Below the pieces are notes generated by a model that ran no database searches, was not told the origin of the DNA, and saw only the letters and a program-made list of their open reading frames with translations. The position numbers and the translations under genes were made by a program. A stretch of 64,000 bases of DNA from Selaginella moellendorffii (taxonomy: Eukaryota; Plantae; Lycopodiophyta), in assembly GCF_000143415.4 (NCBI RefSeq), contig NW_003314301.1:530336-594335 (forward strand). Reading direction: 5' to 3'. Below, piece after piece: positions 62,953-64,000 of the stretch. Position 1 is the stretch's first letter; each line of letters opens with the position of its first letter.

Positions 62953-63818
62953 ACGATGCTTTGTTGCCTCTTGGCATCCAACAGCACTTTCTCTTCTTTG
63001 CAGCCTTTCCAGAAGACTGGCGAATTTGATTCTGGGATCTGTTCAGATGTTGGACAGGGGAAGGGCTGGTTTGTTGAGAGTGGCCCTGTGCCACGTGGCT
63101 AGTCCATGGAGAGACACGAGTCTTCACTGGTTCACCATGTTACACATATGTACATTTTCCATTCCATATATGCTATGATGGATCTTGAGCACCATCACAT
63201 GGTTTCACCTTTCGTTAGATGGTATCGGAGCAATGCCTAGGAGAGAGAAGAATTCAAAACCGTAGGATTAAAACTACACTTGCTACGGTGAATCGGAGCC
63301 TCCGTCTACGTAGACAGAAGTGTGCCCTAATCCAAGCGCTCCAGGCCTTGCAAGAGGCACTGGACAACTAAGAAACAAATCCGTCCAGTGCCAAAAATTT
63401 GTTTCTTAGTCGTCTAGTGCCTCTTGCAAAGCTTGGAGCACTTGGATTAGGGCACGCCTGTGTCTACGTAGATGGAGGCTCTGATTCACCCTAGCAAGTG
63501 TCGCCCTGATCTTACAGTTTCGAATTTTTCTTGCTCTCCCAAGCATTGCTCCGATACCATCTAAGGAAAGGTGATGGTGCTCAAGATCTGTCATAGCATA
63601 TATGGAATGGAAAATGTACATATGTGTGACATGGTGAACCGGTGAAGACTCGTGTCTCTCCACGTGGACTAGCCACGTGGCACAGGGCCACTCTCAACAA
63701 ACCAGCCCTTCCCCTGTCCAACATCTGAACAGATCCCAGAATCGAATTCGCCAGTCTTCTGGAAAGGCTGCAAAGAAGAGAAAGTGCTGCTGGATGCCAA
63801 GAGGCAACAAAGCATCGT
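62953..63818. repeat. Long inverted repeat: arms 62953-63380 and 63397-63818, 16-nt loop
   Basis: The arms are reverse complements. The outer ~270 bp are near-identical apart from small indels; the inner ~150 bp are more diverged. Confidence 0.95.
63072..63231 (+). mobile_element. 5' LTR (~148 bp) and primer-binding site (PBS) of an LTR retroelement inserted in the NLR; inverted copy at ~63549-63699
   Basis: Starts TGTTGAGA and is followed by TGGTATCGGAGC (iMet-tRNA PBS-like). TSD TGGTT at 63067-63071 and 63823-63827. The LTR 3' end TCGTTAGA recurs at 63815-63822. Confidence 0.7.
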
Positions 63819-64000
63819 TAGATGGTTGCCAACATAGCAGAGGCCACGAATGTTCTAGAAAGGCTCAAGAATCACGCACTTATCACTGAAGAACACTGCC
63901 CAGGGGAGAATAAGAGGTACAGGATTCACGATGCGTTGCTGGCTCTTGCTTTGCACATCCTGGAACAAGAAGGCCCAAAGTGTTATTTCAAGGCTGGGAA

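Larger units (their letters stand above)
61677..64000 (+). pseudogene. RPW8-like + NB-ARC (NLR-type) gene, disrupted; runs off the window end
   Basis: RPW8-like N-terminus, P-loop GAGGAGKI, LLVLDDVW, GSKIFITTR, CGGLPL, FAAFPED, and IHD after the insertion. Stops at 62672 and 63027. Confidence 0.8.

Overview
Compact plant genomic DNA with introns mostly 50-75 nt and very short intergenic spacers. The style fits a lycophyte such as Selaginella moellendorffii; that is an inference, not a database result. Apparently intact genes: an AT-rich secreted bulb-type lectin, an At1g55160-like protein, ZPR1, SFR2, sucrose synthase, MED26-like, a small 'josephin-like' protein, CDKE;1/CDK8, a class-I glutamine amidotransferase (GGP-like), two small Cys-rich peptide genes, an nsLTP-like protein, an LRR receptor kinase, two paralogous coiled-coil proteins, a MESD-like ER chaperone, a CYP71-clan P450, MHF2/CENP-X and a PLS-E PPR. 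Decayed loci: a frameshifted P450 paralog, a Crinkler-like ORF chain ending in a PHD finger, three copies of an unidentified intronless ORF family, and GGP, PPR, thymidylate kinase, ZIP4 and RPW8-like NLR remnants. There is one 100-N gap. The best leads are (1) a ~425-bp-arm fold-back inside the NLR, built from NLR coding sequence plus the 5' end of an LTR element with a 5-bp target-site duplication (TSD), (2) an unrecognised six-cysteine secreted peptide family next to an LTP and an LRR-RLK, (3) the compositionally alien lectin and (4) the Crinkler-like/PHD locus. All homology calls come from remembered motifs; no searches were run.
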